Source: Clostridia bacterium
Lineage (GTDB): Bacteria > Bacillota > Clostridia > TANB77 > CAG-508
Direction of reading: 5' to 3'
DNA length: 64,000 bases
NCBI GenBank assembly: GCA_017613275.1
Contig: JAGAED010000003.1
Coordinates: 1,501-65,500 of the forward strand
Each line of letters starts with the position of its first letter. The stretch's first letter is position 1. Made by a program: the position numbers and the translations under genes. Below are positions 19,909 through 29,666 of this stretch, in pieces. The notes beneath the pieces were generated by a model. That model ran no database searches, was not told where the DNA came from, and was given only the letters and a program-made list of their open reading frames with translations.

Positions 19909-20322
19909 ATGAGAGTTTTAGGACTAGACTATGGCGAAGCCCGTGTAGGAGTGGCCATAACAGATGAATTAAAAATTACAGCACAAGGATTAGAAACAAT
20001 ACAAAGAAACAATTCAGATAAAATTGTATTAAAAAGAATAGACGAAATTTTATCTGAGTATCAAGTAGATACAATAGTTGTTGGATTACCACTTACTCTT
20101 AAGGGAACAAAGTCAGAAAGAACAATAAAAACAGAAGAATTTATTCATAAATTAAAATGTAAATATAACACTTTAAAAATAGAAACAGTAGATGAGCGTT
20201 TAACAACAGTTCAAGCACATTCAACAATGAACATGCTTGGAGTGAAAAATACAAAAAAACGTGGAATTGTGGATACAATAGCCGCTGTGTATATTTTAGA
20301 GGTTTATATAAATAAAAAATGA
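19909..20322 (+). CDS. ruvX: Holliday junction resolvase-like RuvX/YqgF
   Basis: Starts MRVLGLDYGEARVGVAITD. 137 aa. Confidence 0.9.
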   Translation: MRVLGLDYGEARVGVAITDELKITAQGLETIQRNNSDKIVLKRIDEILSEYQVDTIVVGLPLTLKGTKSERTIKTEEFIHKLKCKYNTLKIETVDERLTTVQAHSTMNMLGVKNTKKRGIVDTIAAVYILEVYINKK

Positions 20323-20394
20323 TTTTTATAAATTTATTGAAAGCATTTTCGATAAATGATAATATAAAAATATAAAATTTGAAAGGAGAATAAA

Positions 20395-20706
20395 ATGGAA
20401 GAAAATTTTGAAGGAGAAGAATTAGATAACATCGTAGTATTAAACGACGAGAACGGAAACGAAGTAAAATTTGAATTCCTAGACTTAATAGAATTAGATG
20501 ATGAAGAATATGTAGTATTACTACCAATGGCAGAAGAAGGAGAAGAAGATGGAGAAGTAGTAATATTAAAATTAGAAGATAATGATGACGAAGATTCAGA
20601 AGAAGAATCATATGTTAGCGTTGATGATGAAGATGTACTAAATAGAGTATTTGAAATATTTAAAGAAAAATTTAAAGATGATTTTGATTTTATAGATGAA
20701 GACTAG
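20395..20706 (+). CDS. DUF1292 domain protein (UPF0473)
   Basis: Acidic 103-aa protein with NGNEVKFEFLDLIELDDEEYVVLLP. It sits in the conserved ireB-ruvX-DUF1292 order. Confidence 0.8.
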   Translation: MEENFEGEELDNIVVLNDENGNEVKFEFLDLIELDDEEYVVLLPMAEEGEEDGEVVILKLEDNDDEDSEEESYVSVDDEDVLNRVFEIFKEKFKDDFDFIDED

Positions 20707-20771
20707 TAAAACAAACGAAAGTGAAAAACTCTGTTTTTCACTTTTATTGAATTTATAAAGGAGGAAAACAA

Positions 20772-21248
20772 ATGAAGAACTTTTCAACATGGATGTTAGT
20801 AATGTTTATGGGAATGTTCTGGTTATTTAGAGTATTAGTTGCTGTTATGCCGGAATTTGGAACAACATTAGGAAGTTTTGTTCCACTAAATAGTCAAATC
20901 GAAATAATACTTTGTTTTATAGTAGTAGTATGTATGCTTCTAGTAGTAAAAAGAAAACTTCTAGGTGGAATAATATACCTAGTTGCTTATGGAATGTATT
21001 TTGGAGTAGATTTATTTAATAATTTTGGTTCAATAATGAATGGAACATTAGCACCAGAAAGCGCATTAAACACATTTGTATCATTTTTAGGAATAGTACT
21101 TCCAATCGCTGTTTTATTAGATTTATTAGTTGATAAAGGAAGAAAAATAAATCCAACAGATAAAAAGACAGATTGGTTCTATAAAAATGAACAATATGAC
21201 AGAAAACTAGATGAAAGAGCAGACAAAAATAATTATAGAACCCTATAA
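20772..21248 (+). CDS. hypothetical integral membrane protein
   Basis: 158 aa with about 4 TM helices. Confidence 0.6.
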   Translation: MKNFSTWMLVMFMGMFWLFRVLVAVMPEFGTTLGSFVPLNSQIEIILCFIVVVCMLLVVKRKLLGGIIYLVAYGMYFGVDLFNNFGSIMNGTLAPESALNTFVSFLGIVLPIAVLLDLLVDKGRKINPTDKKTDWFYKNEQYDRKLDERADKNNYRTL

Positions 21249-21262
21249 AACCTTTTTTGGAG

Positions 21263-21299
21263 CACTTAACTTTTTGAAAGTGTCCCAAAAAGTTAAGTG
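21263..21299. repeat. GGGACAC-repeat hairpin (minus orientation)
   Basis: CACTTAACTTTTTGAAAGTGTCCCAAAAAGTTAAGTG. Confidence 0.85.
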
Positions 21300-21309
21300 G
21301 GAGGAATAA

Positions 21310-22215
21310 ATGAAAACACAAAAAAACATTTTAATAGCATTTATTTTAAATTTATCGTTTTCAATATTTGAATTTTTTGGAGGATTTTTTACAAATTCAG
21401 TTGCAATATTATCAGATTCAATACATGATTTAGGAGATGCCTTATCTATAGGTATTTCTTACTTCTTGGAAAGAAAAAGCAAGAAAAAAGCTGATAAAAA
21501 ATACACCTATGGTTACATCAGATATTCTGTTCTTGGTGGAGTAATAACAACAACAATATTATTAATAGGCTCAATATTAGTGATTATTGGGGCAGTAGAA
21601 AGAATAATAAATCCGGTAGATGTTAATTATAATGGAATGATAATATTTGCAGTTGTAGGTGTTGCCTTAAATTTCTTAGCAGCATATGTAACAAGAGAGG
21701 GAGATTCAATAAATCAAAAATCTGTTAATCTACATATGTTAGAAGATGTTTTAGGTTGGGTAGTTGTGCTTATTGGCGCAATAATAATGAACTTTACAGA
21801 TATAAAAATAATAGATCCAATAATGAGTATAGGTGTTGCAATTTTTATATTATTCAGTTCATTAAGAAACCTTAAGAAGGTATTAGATATATTCTTAGAA
21901 AAAACACCAAATGATGTTGATATAGACGAATTAAAAGAACATCTATTAAAAATAAAAGATGTAGAAGATATACACCATATTCATGTATGGAGTATTGATG
22001 GATTTAATAATTATGCGACAATGCATATAGTTACAAAATCTCAAGATGTAAAAAACGTTAAAAAAGAAATAAGAGAAGAATTGACAGAACACAATATTTG
22101 CCATGCAATATTGGAAACAGAAGATGAAGTGTGTGAAGATGTTGAATGTAATGTAGAATTTCATAATGAAGGTCATCATCATCACCAACATCACCAACAT
22201 CACCATCATCATTAG
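21310..22215 (+). CDS. czcD: cation diffusion facilitator (Zn/Co/Cd efflux) with a His-rich tail
   Basis: SDSIHDLGDALS in TM2, six TM helices, and a C-terminal HNEGHHHHQHHQHHHHH tail. Confidence 0.85.
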   Translation: MKTQKNILIAFILNLSFSIFEFFGGFFTNSVAILSDSIHDLGDALSIGISYFLERKSKKKADKKYTYGYIRYSVLGGVITTTILLIGSILVIIGAVERIINPVDVNYNGMIIFAVVGVALNFLAAYVTREGDSINQKSVNLHMLEDVLGWVVVLIGAIIMNFTDIKIIDPIMSIGVAIFILFSSLRNLKKVLDIFLEKTPNDVDIDELKEHLLKIKDVEDIHHIHVWSIDGFNNYATMHIVTKSQDVKNVKKEIREELTEHNICHAILETEDEVCEDVECNVEFHNEGHHHHQHHQHHHHH

Positions 22216-22395
22216 TTCAAGAATAATTGGAAAAAACTGATTAAAAATATATAAGAAATCAAAGAGTAAAAAGCAAGTGATAAGTTGAAAATCACTTGCT
22301 TTTGTGGTAAAATATAGAAGTATAGAAAAATCATGATTTTAAGAAGTATTTAAAATTTGTGTGGACTATAAAAGTTCAAACTAATAGGAGATATT

Positions 22396-23421
22396 ATGAA
22401 AAAAGATAATAAAAAAAGAAAACCTAGAAAAGAACTATCAACAGGAGTTAGCTTAATACTAGTATTAATGTTTGTTGTAGTTTTCATTTATTTTGGTGTA
22501 TGTATTGGATTTATAATAAATTCATTTATAAATTACTCTATTGATTACATAGCAACACATGCACTTATAACTTTATTAGTTGGTGTTGTATACATGACTT
22601 TATTATTAATACTAATTCGTAATAGCGATAGCAAAAATGTTCAACCATTAAAATGGTATATTAATTGTATACTTATATCATTTACAACAAATCTAATTAT
22701 TTCTGCAATAACCGTATTCACATTAGGAACCCAAGAAGGTAATGATATAAACTTTTTGGTAGGTTTTTGTATTTTCCCTTTCATAGGAATTATAACTACA
22801 CCTAATATAATAAAATATGTAAAAAAAGATACAACAAAATGGAAAAAAATTTTTTATAAAAACGGAAATCTACACAAAATTAAAGCTTCAAAAGATTATT
22901 ATAGAGTACAAACACCAGTGGCATTTGAGAAAAAAATATTATCAGCGGTATATAAAGAACAATTAAAAACTGTGTTATTTGTAATAGCGTATATGGTCAT
23001 GACAATAGTAGCTAGCGTACATTATATGTCTAGAGAACATGATTTTTCAGGAGGAATAGTGAGTGACCTTATTGAATTAAGAGCTAAAAAAGAATTTGGT
23101 TTTGCATTCTTTTTAATGATTATCTTTTTAGCATTTGGTATACCTATAATTGCTTATTATGTTGCTAATGCTTGGAAAAAAATAAGAGTTGTAAAAAATC
23201 ATGAATATATTGCATATCATGCAATTATTCAAGGTGTTCATAATGGGAATATCGGTATTTATGCTGAAAAAAGGCATTATACATATAAATACTGCACTTG
23301 CGTTGGAATAAAAGAAAAAGATGTAAAACAAACTCCAGTGACTTTAATATTTTTACCAGATGATGTATTCTTATTTCCAGATGGTGAAGAGAGTTCAAAC
23401 GAAGTTATTAAAAGCCTTTAG
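22396..23421 (+). CDS. hypothetical multi-pass membrane protein
   Basis: 341 aa with a basic N-terminus, about 6 TM helices and a soluble C-terminal domain. Confidence 0.55.
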   Translation: MKKDNKKRKPRKELSTGVSLILVLMFVVVFIYFGVCIGFIINSFINYSIDYIATHALITLLVGVVYMTLLLILIRNSDSKNVQPLKWYINCILISFTTNLIISAITVFTLGTQEGNDINFLVGFCIFPFIGIITTPNIIKYVKKDTTKWKKIFYKNGNLHKIKASKDYYRVQTPVAFEKKILSAVYKEQLKTVLFVIAYMVMTIVASVHYMSREHDFSGGIVSDLIELRAKKEFGFAFFLMIIFLAFGIPIIAYYVANAWKKIRVVKNHEYIAYHAIIQGVHNGNIGIYAEKRHYTYKYCTCVGIKEKDVKQTPVTLIFLPDDVFLFPDGEESSNEVIKSL

Positions 23422-23470
23422 ATAAATATATAATAAATATTTTATTAGGAGAGGATAGGAAGTGTTAAAA

Positions 23471-23560
23471 ATGGAAGAAAAAAGAGCAAGTTTTAACTGT
23501 GAAAAATGGGCAAAAGCAAAACCCTCTATAAAGGTTGAAAAACAAATAGTTTTTGTATAA
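23471..23560 (+). CDS. 29-aa micro-ORF with the NCEKWAKAK motif
   Basis: MEEKRASFNCEKWAKAKPSIKVEKQIVFV. It is paralogous to the micro-ORF at 23999..24073. Confidence 0.4.
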   Translation: MEEKRASFNCEKWAKAKPSIKVEKQIVFV

Positions 23561-23598
23561 AACATCTTTCATGATTTGATTAAAAGGGGATAAATAAT

Positions 23599-24009
23599 AT
23601 GGAAAAAGTATTAGGATATGATTGTGATGGTAGAGAAATCTATGAATACAGAATTCTACGTGCAATTTTTTCAAATGATATAGATATAGAAGATTTAGAA
23701 GATGCAGACCCTAGAATGTATTGTGCTGTTGTAGCTAATGATGGAAAAGCTTATGCGATTAGCGTATTTGATTGGTGGAATAAAGCTTTGATTAGAAAAA
23801 GAGAAAATATAAAAGAAAATGAAGAAATACCGATAATTATAAAATCAATAGATGAAATGAAAAATTATGAACTAGCAATGTGTGATGGTGGTGAAAAAGA
23901 ATTTTATTATGATTTTGATCGTAATAAGCTTAAAACTCAATTAAACACAGCGCTAAATAAAGACAAAGTAATAAATAAAAATATAGGAGATGACTCATAT
24001 GAACGATAA
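23599..24009 (+). CDS. hypothetical protein
   Basis: 136-aa ORF with an AAAGGGG RBS. Confidence 0.55.
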   Translation: MEKVLGYDCDGREIYEYRILRAIFSNDIDIEDLEDADPRMYCAVVANDGKAYAISVFDWWNKALIRKRENIKENEEIPIIIKSIDEMKNYELAMCDGGEKEFYYDFDRNKLKTQLNTALNKDKVINKNIGDDSYER

Positions 24010-24073
24010 TAAAACTAATATCAACTGTGAAGAATGGGCAAATGCAAAACTTCCTAAAAGAGTTCAAAAATGA
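23999..24073 (+). CDS. 24-aa micro-ORF with the NCEEWANAK motif
   Basis: GGAG lies 9 nt upstream of the ATG. Sequence MNDNKTNINCEEWANAKLPKRVQK. It overlaps the stop of the 136-aa gene. Confidence 0.4.
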   Translation: MNDNKTNINCEEWANAKLPKRVQK

Positions 24074-24122
24074 ACACTTTTTAAAAGAAACAACTTTCGT
24101 AATTCAAGAAATGAGGAGAAAA

Positions 24123-25061
24123 ATGAGCGATTATACTGTTGAAGTAAATATAAAAGATTTAGAGGATGAAATCAAAAAAAATATAGACATAATCATACAT
24201 AATTTACTTAAAAGATTTATTGAAGAAAATAAAATAGAAACTTTATATAAAATAATTTTTACAGATAATTGGGATGAGGAAATTACGGATTTTCAAAAAA
24301 ATAATAATTTACCAGTTGAATATACAGACTCTCAATATGGTTCGGCAGCTGCTAAAACATTGCATATTAAAATAGGAGAAAATATTAAAAATGTAATTTT
24401 TTTTAGAAAAGAGACATTGTTATCTATAGTAAAACAAGAAGGATATGGTATTTTACTTTTATTTCACGAATTATCTCATGTATATTACTTTGAAACAATA
24501 GGAAATAGATTAGATGAATTAAAAAAATCTTATAAAAAGATAAATAATTTATTTGAAAATACTAAAGACTTTGGATTAAATATGTGGGAAGAGTATTTTG
24601 TTTCTAGATATTTATGTAATTATTTATTTGGAAATACTGATTGCTTTGTTGAAATACTAGTAGAACAATATAAAAAAATAGAAGATGATATAAAAAAAGA
24701 AATTGAGAAATATCGCTATAATGGTAACATTAATGAATTATTTGCTCTGGCAAAAGAGCAAACTACTCTTTTATCAACATATTCTGCATATTCTTGTGGG
24801 ATGGTTAAAGCACTTAACGATGAAAAGAATGAATTATATAAAAAAACATGTGACTATATATCTAATGAAACAAAATTATGGGAGATTTGGAACAAAATGT
24901 ATATAATTTACGATGAAATATATGATGATTTTCCACGATTAGAAAATGTTGATACTAAATTAAATGAATTAGTAAAACTTTATATTAGTATTTATAATAT
25001 ATTTGGTATTTATCCAGAACAATTAAAAGATGGACGATTATATGTATCAGTACCATTTTAA
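24123..25061 (+). CDS. hypothetical HExxH (putative zinc metalloprotease-like) protein
   Basis: The FHELSHVYY motif. A strong GAGGAG RBS precedes the ATG at 24123. The ORF track starts at GTG 24027, which has no RBS. Confidence 0.55.
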   Translation: MSDYTVEVNIKDLEDEIKKNIDIIIHNLLKRFIEENKIETLYKIIFTDNWDEEITDFQKNNNLPVEYTDSQYGSAAAKTLHIKIGENIKNVIFFRKETLLSIVKQEGYGILLLFHELSHVYYFETIGNRLDELKKSYKKINNLFENTKDFGLNMWEEYFVSRYLCNYLFGNTDCFVEILVEQYKKIEDDIKKEIEKYRYNGNINELFALAKEQTTLLSTYSAYSCGMVKALNDEKNELYKKTCDYISNETKLWEIWNKMYIIYDEIYDDFPRLENVDTKLNELVKLYISIYNIFGIYPEQLKDGRLYVSVPF

Positions 25062-26280
25062 TTTAAATGTATTGGAGGTGGTTTTAATATTAAAATTGAG
25101 AGTAGCTGCATATATAAGAATTTCAAAGAAAGAAAAAGAAGTAAATAGCATATCAAATCAAAAAGATTTAATAGATTATTACATTAAAGATAAAGAAGAT
25201 ATGAAGATATATAATTACTATGTAGATAATGGCTATAGTGGGACAAACTTTGATAGACCTGAGCTAAAAAGAATGTTAAAAGATATATCAAATAAAAAGG
25301 TTGATATAGTAATTGTTAAGGATTTATCAAGATTAGGAAGAAATTATATTGAAGTAGGAGAATTACTTGACTCGTTATTACCATTATATGATGTAAGGCT
25401 TATTTCAATTAATGATAATATAGATGGATTAAATGATGAAGAAGATAGCTACTTATTAAAAGCATTACTAAATATTTATAATGAAAACTATCCAAGAGAT
25501 ATATCTAATAAAGTAAAAACGGCATTAACTACTAAAAAAGTAAATGGTGAATTTGTAACTTCTTATGCACCATATGGATATAAAAAATCAAGATACGAAA
25601 AGAATAAAATAATTATTGATATAGAAGCGGCTAAAATTGTAAAGATGATATTTGATAATATAGAAAGAGGCTTAAGCAAAAAAGAAATAGTAGATATTTT
25701 AAATAAGAAGAAAATTAGAACTCCAATGGAACATATTAAAAACACTAATGAAGGCAAGAAGTGGGATATCAGTATGATTACTGGAATTATAAAAAATAAA
25801 GTATATACTGGAGACTTAATTCAACAAAAGCGAAAACGAATTAGTTTTAAAAATCATAGATTAATAAAGACAAAAGAAGACGAGTTAATAATTACAAAGA
25901 ATAATCATATGGAGATAATAAGCAAAGAGCAATTTGCAAGAGTGCAAGATATAATTAAACATTCAGTAAAAGTAAATTCAAATAATGAATATGATATTTT
26001 TTCAGGATATTTGAAATGTGCATAATGTGATAGTAATTTGACTATTAGAAAGAGCAAAGAATATACATATTATGCATGCTCATCACATGTAAGGAAAAGA
26101 GGATGCAATAACAAACATACTATAAGAAAAGATATTTTAGAAGAAAAAGTTATTACAGAAATAAATAATAGACAAGATACTAAAATAGATAAGTTGAATA
26201 GAAAGTATATTTTTGATTTAATAAATATGATATATTTAAATCAAGATGGCTCAATAAAAATCGAGTTTAAAAGGAAATAA
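25030..26280 (+). pseudogene. large serine recombinase interrupted by an in-frame TAA (26026-26028)
   Basis: Resolvase domain AAYIRISKKEK..SISNQ and VKDLSRLGRN. The recombinase domain and zinc ribbon are broken as GYLKCA*CDSNL..YYACSSHVRKRGC. Both ORFs are in the same frame. Confidence 0.8.
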
Positions 26281-26290
26281 GGTGAGTAAA

Positions 26291-27121
26291 ATGAGTGAGA
26301 ATATAAGTAAGAAAATTGTTGCAATAGGTGGAGGAGAAAATGGAAGATTAAAATCTGATGGTACAAGATTACCTTATGAATTAGAAAAACAAGATAGAGA
26401 GATAATTAGATTAACAGGCAAAGAAAATCCTAATTTTTTGTTTATAGGACATTCACAATTATTGGAAAATCAAGAAGGCTATTTTCAAGTAATGAAAGCT
26501 GTTTATGAACAGAGATATGGATGTAGTTGTAAAGACTTAAAAAGTAACAAATTAAATGATGTAGAGTATGTAAAAACATTAATCGATTGGGCTGATATTA
26601 TATATGAAGGTGGAGGCAATACTCTAGATATGATTAAAATGTGGAAAGAAACTGGATTCGATAAAACTTTAAGACAAGCATGGGAATCTGGAAAAGTAAT
26701 GTGTGGAGTATCTGCTGGTGCAAATTGCTGGTTTAAAGAATGCTCTTCTGACTCTTTAAAAATTAAGTATGGAGATGACCAGCCATTAATTGGTATGGAA
26801 TGTTTAGGCTTTATTGATGGATTATTTGTACCACATTGTGATGCACCAGGAAGAAGAGAAAACGTAAAAGAATTATTAAGAACAAGTAATCAAGTAGGAT
26901 TATCTATGTCAAATTGTACAGCCTTAGAGATAGTAGATGACAAGTATAGATTAATAATAAGCGATGCCTCGTATCATGGCATTGAAGCATATGGTTTAAA
27001 ATCATATTGGGTTAACGGAAAATATTTAGAGAAAAAAATAGACGATTCAAATGTGTTTAAACCATTAGAAGAATTGCTAAGTAAAAATATAGTAATTAAT
27101 AATGATGAAAGAGAGATATAA
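26291..27121 (+). CDS. peptidase S51 family (dipeptidase E-like)
   Basis: GGGNTLDMIKMW and the nucleophile elbow GVSAGANCW. Confidence 0.75.
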   Translation: MSENISKKIVAIGGGENGRLKSDGTRLPYELEKQDREIIRLTGKENPNFLFIGHSQLLENQEGYFQVMKAVYEQRYGCSCKDLKSNKLNDVEYVKTLIDWADIIYEGGGNTLDMIKMWKETGFDKTLRQAWESGKVMCGVSAGANCWFKECSSDSLKIKYGDDQPLIGMECLGFIDGLFVPHCDAPGRRENVKELLRTSNQVGLSMSNCTALEIVDDKYRLIISDASYHGIEAYGLKSYWVNGKYLEKKIDDSNVFKPLEELLSKNIVINNDEREI

Positions 27122-27122
27122 T

Positions 27123-28043
27123 ATGAGTAATAAAGAAGAAAAAAGTTGTGCAAGTACAAGTATTAACTGGTTTCCTGGCCATATGGCTAAAACCAGAAGA
27201 GAAATAGGAGAAGATTTAAAACTAGTAGATGTAGTAGTAGAATTGCTAGATGCAAGAATACCAATTTCTAGTCAAAATCCAGAAATAGCAAAAATAACAA
27301 AAGGAAAGAAAAAACTAGTAATACTAAATAAATGCGATTTAGCAGACGAAAAAGAAAATCAAAACTGGTTAAAATATTTTGAAAGCAGAAATATACCAGT
27401 TTGTTTAGTTGACTCTAATTCTGGAAAAGGAATAGACCAGGTAATTCGTCAAATAGAAAAAATGATGCAAATAGAAATGGACAGGCTTGCAGAAAAAGGA
27501 AGAATAGGCAGAAAAATCAGAGTAATGATAGTTGGAATCCCGAATGTAGGAAAATCATCATTTATAAATAGAATAGCGAAAAAAGCAACTGCAGGAGTAG
27601 GAAATAAGCCTGGATTTACTAAAAAGAAACAATGGATTAGAATAAATGAAAAAGTCGAATTGCTAGACACACCAGGTGTTTTATGGCCTAAATTTGAAAG
27701 CGAAGAAGTTGCACTAAATCTATCATTTACAGGAACAATAAAAGAAGAAATATTAGATAGGTTAGAAGTTGCATATAATTTGGTAAAATTCTTGCTTGAA
27801 AACCATAGAAACATTATAGTTGAAAAGTACAAATTGTCAAATGACTATATAGAAAATACTTTAAATAGAGATTTACCAGAAAACGAAAATATTTACGAAA
27901 TAATGCTAGAAATTGGCAAAAAACGTGGATGTTTAATTTCTGGGGGAAATGTAGATGATGAAAAAATTTCAAAAATTATTCTTGATGAATTTAAAAATGG
28001 AAAGCTTGGAAAAGTAACTATTGAAAAAGCTAAAAAGGAGTAG
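27123..28043 (+). CDS. rbgA: ribosome biogenesis GTPase A (YlqF/RbgA)
   Basis: INWFPGHMAKTRREI and a circularly permuted GTPase (NKCDL, then GIPNVGKSSFIN). Confidence 0.9.
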   Translation: MSNKEEKSCASTSINWFPGHMAKTRREIGEDLKLVDVVVELLDARIPISSQNPEIAKITKGKKKLVILNKCDLADEKENQNWLKYFESRNIPVCLVDSNSGKGIDQVIRQIEKMMQIEMDRLAEKGRIGRKIRVMIVGIPNVGKSSFINRIAKKATAGVGNKPGFTKKKQWIRINEKVELLDTPGVLWPKFESEEVALNLSFTGTIKEEILDRLEVAYNLVKFLLENHRNIIVEKYKLSNDYIENTLNRDLPENENIYEIMLEIGKKRGCLISGGNVDDEKISKIILDEFKNGKLGKVTIEKAKKE

Positions 28044-28046
28044 TAG

Positions 28047-28436
28047 ATGGAAGAATATATAAAAATAGAAAGAACACCAGAAGAGGTGAATCTAATGTCG
28101 CCACTAACATGGGCATATATTGGTGATTGCGTATATGAATTGTATATTAGAACAAAGCTTGTAAATGAAACAAATCTAAAGCCACATAATTTACATGTGG
28201 AGGCAATAAAATATGTAAAAGCCAAAGCTCAAGCAGAATTGTTAGAAAAAATTATGAATAAATTGACAGAAGAAGAACAAGACATAGTAAGGCGTACAAG
28301 AAACACGCAAAATCATCACTTACCTAAAAACTCAAATGTAACAGAATACATGTATGCAACAGCATTTGAGGGATTAATTGGATATTTGTACCTAACAAAA
28401 CAAGAAAAAAGATTAAAAGAAATTTTTGAAATTTAA
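28047..28436 (+). CDS. mrnC: Mini-ribonuclease 3
   Basis: 129 aa with LTWAYIGDCVYELYIR. Confidence 0.85.
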   Translation: MEEYIKIERTPEEVNLMSPLTWAYIGDCVYELYIRTKLVNETNLKPHNLHVEAIKYVKAKAQAELLEKIMNKLTEEEQDIVRRTRNTQNHHLPKNSNVTEYMYATAFEGLIGYLYLTKQEKRLKEIFEI

Positions 28437-28450
28437 ACTATTAGAGGAAG

Positions 28451-28480
28451 CTTTTTGGGACACTCCCCAAAAACAAGGTT
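28451..28480. repeat. GGGACAC-repeat hairpin
   Basis: CTTTTTGGGACACTCCCCAAAAACAAGGTT. Confidence 0.85.
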
Positions 28481-28582
28481 AATATTACAATTATATTACA
28501 CTTTTATTGAAACCATTGTAAAATTTAATTATATTTGATAAACTAAAATAGTAAATAAACCAAAGAGAAAGAAGGTACAAAT

Positions 28583-29666
28583 ATGATAAAGAATGTAAAC
28601 AAAACACAAAACAAGCGGAATTACGCTAATTGCCCTTGTTATTACAATTATTGTTTTACTAATATTAGCAGGTATAACAATAAGTGCATTAACAGGAAGT
28701 GACTCTGCACCAGCAAAAGCTAATGAAGCAAAACAAGCAAATGATATTGGAGCAATACAAGATCAAATAGCATTGGTTGTGCAAAATGCACAAATGGAAG
28801 GATATGAGGCAGCATATGTTAACAATGATTCAACAATATCACAATCACAAGCAGCAATAACAGTTGGACAAAAAGTTATTGATGATACATTTGCGCAATA
28901 TGGAACTCCAACAGTATCAGGAAACCAAAAAACATTAGAAACAACAAGAGGAGATGTAACAATAAAACTTGAACAAGAAACAGGAAAAAATGCAAAAATC
29001 ACATTAACAACAAGAGATAAGGAAAAAGAAGGGACAATAAATATCAATGGAGGAACATTAAGTTGGGGAATATATACATCCTACACAATGGGACAAACAG
29101 TAACATTAGGAGGAGAAGAATTTTGGGTAATAGAGGATAGTGATGCAAATACAGCAACAGTTAAATTATTAGCAAAATTAAATGTAATAACAACAGAAGG
29201 AGATGCAGACAGATATAAACAAAATGCAAGTGCAAATAAATTAAGATTTGATGATTATAGTAACGTGTATTATGATGATACAACTAATCCAGTAACACAA
29301 GCAGAAATAAAAACACATGTAGATGCATATAAAACAGCAGTTGAAGGAAGATGGAGAACAGCAACAGGAGATAATACAAAAACGATACAAGAAGCAAGAC
29401 TTATGACAGGAACAAATTCAAGTGGAGAAGTTCAAGCAATACTGGGCTCAGCTTTAACAAATAAAAGAGACATAGTATATGGACCTGAAGGAGCTAAACT
29501 AAATTATTGGCTTGGTACTCCTAGTGAATTCGGCTATCACTACGAGTGGCTTGTGTTTGGTAACTACGGATTAGAGTACAACATGGACGTGACGTACGAC
29601 GGTACCGAATATAGCTGCGACGTGGGGCTTCGTCCAGTTTTAGTTGTCCTAAAGTCTAATATCTAA
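28583..29666 (+). pseudogene. prepilin-type N-terminal helix protein with a YWLxxP...GLRPVL C-terminal domain; frameshift near the 5' end
   Basis: The ATG frame gives MIKNVNKTQNKR. The long frame (open from 28599) gives SGITLIALVITIIVLLILAGITISAL. Removing C28616 would join them as ..NKGITLIALV. The C-terminus is anomalously GC-rich. Confidence 0.65.

Noticed and set aside
17542-26028. The possibility that the in-frame TAA codons (17542, 26026) reflect stop-codon reassignment.
   Set aside because: TAA terminates most well-identified genes here at their expected lengths (for example rplU, obg, pnp, ftsH, ligA). Ordinary nonsense mutation, readthrough or error is far more likely.
9910-26280. 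A single genomic island running from tRNA-Phe to the serine recombinase.
   Set aside because: The interval contains the conserved core cluster ireB-ruvX-DUF1292 and other chromosomal genes. Serine recombinases also do not create tRNA 3'-end duplications. I treat these as separate features.
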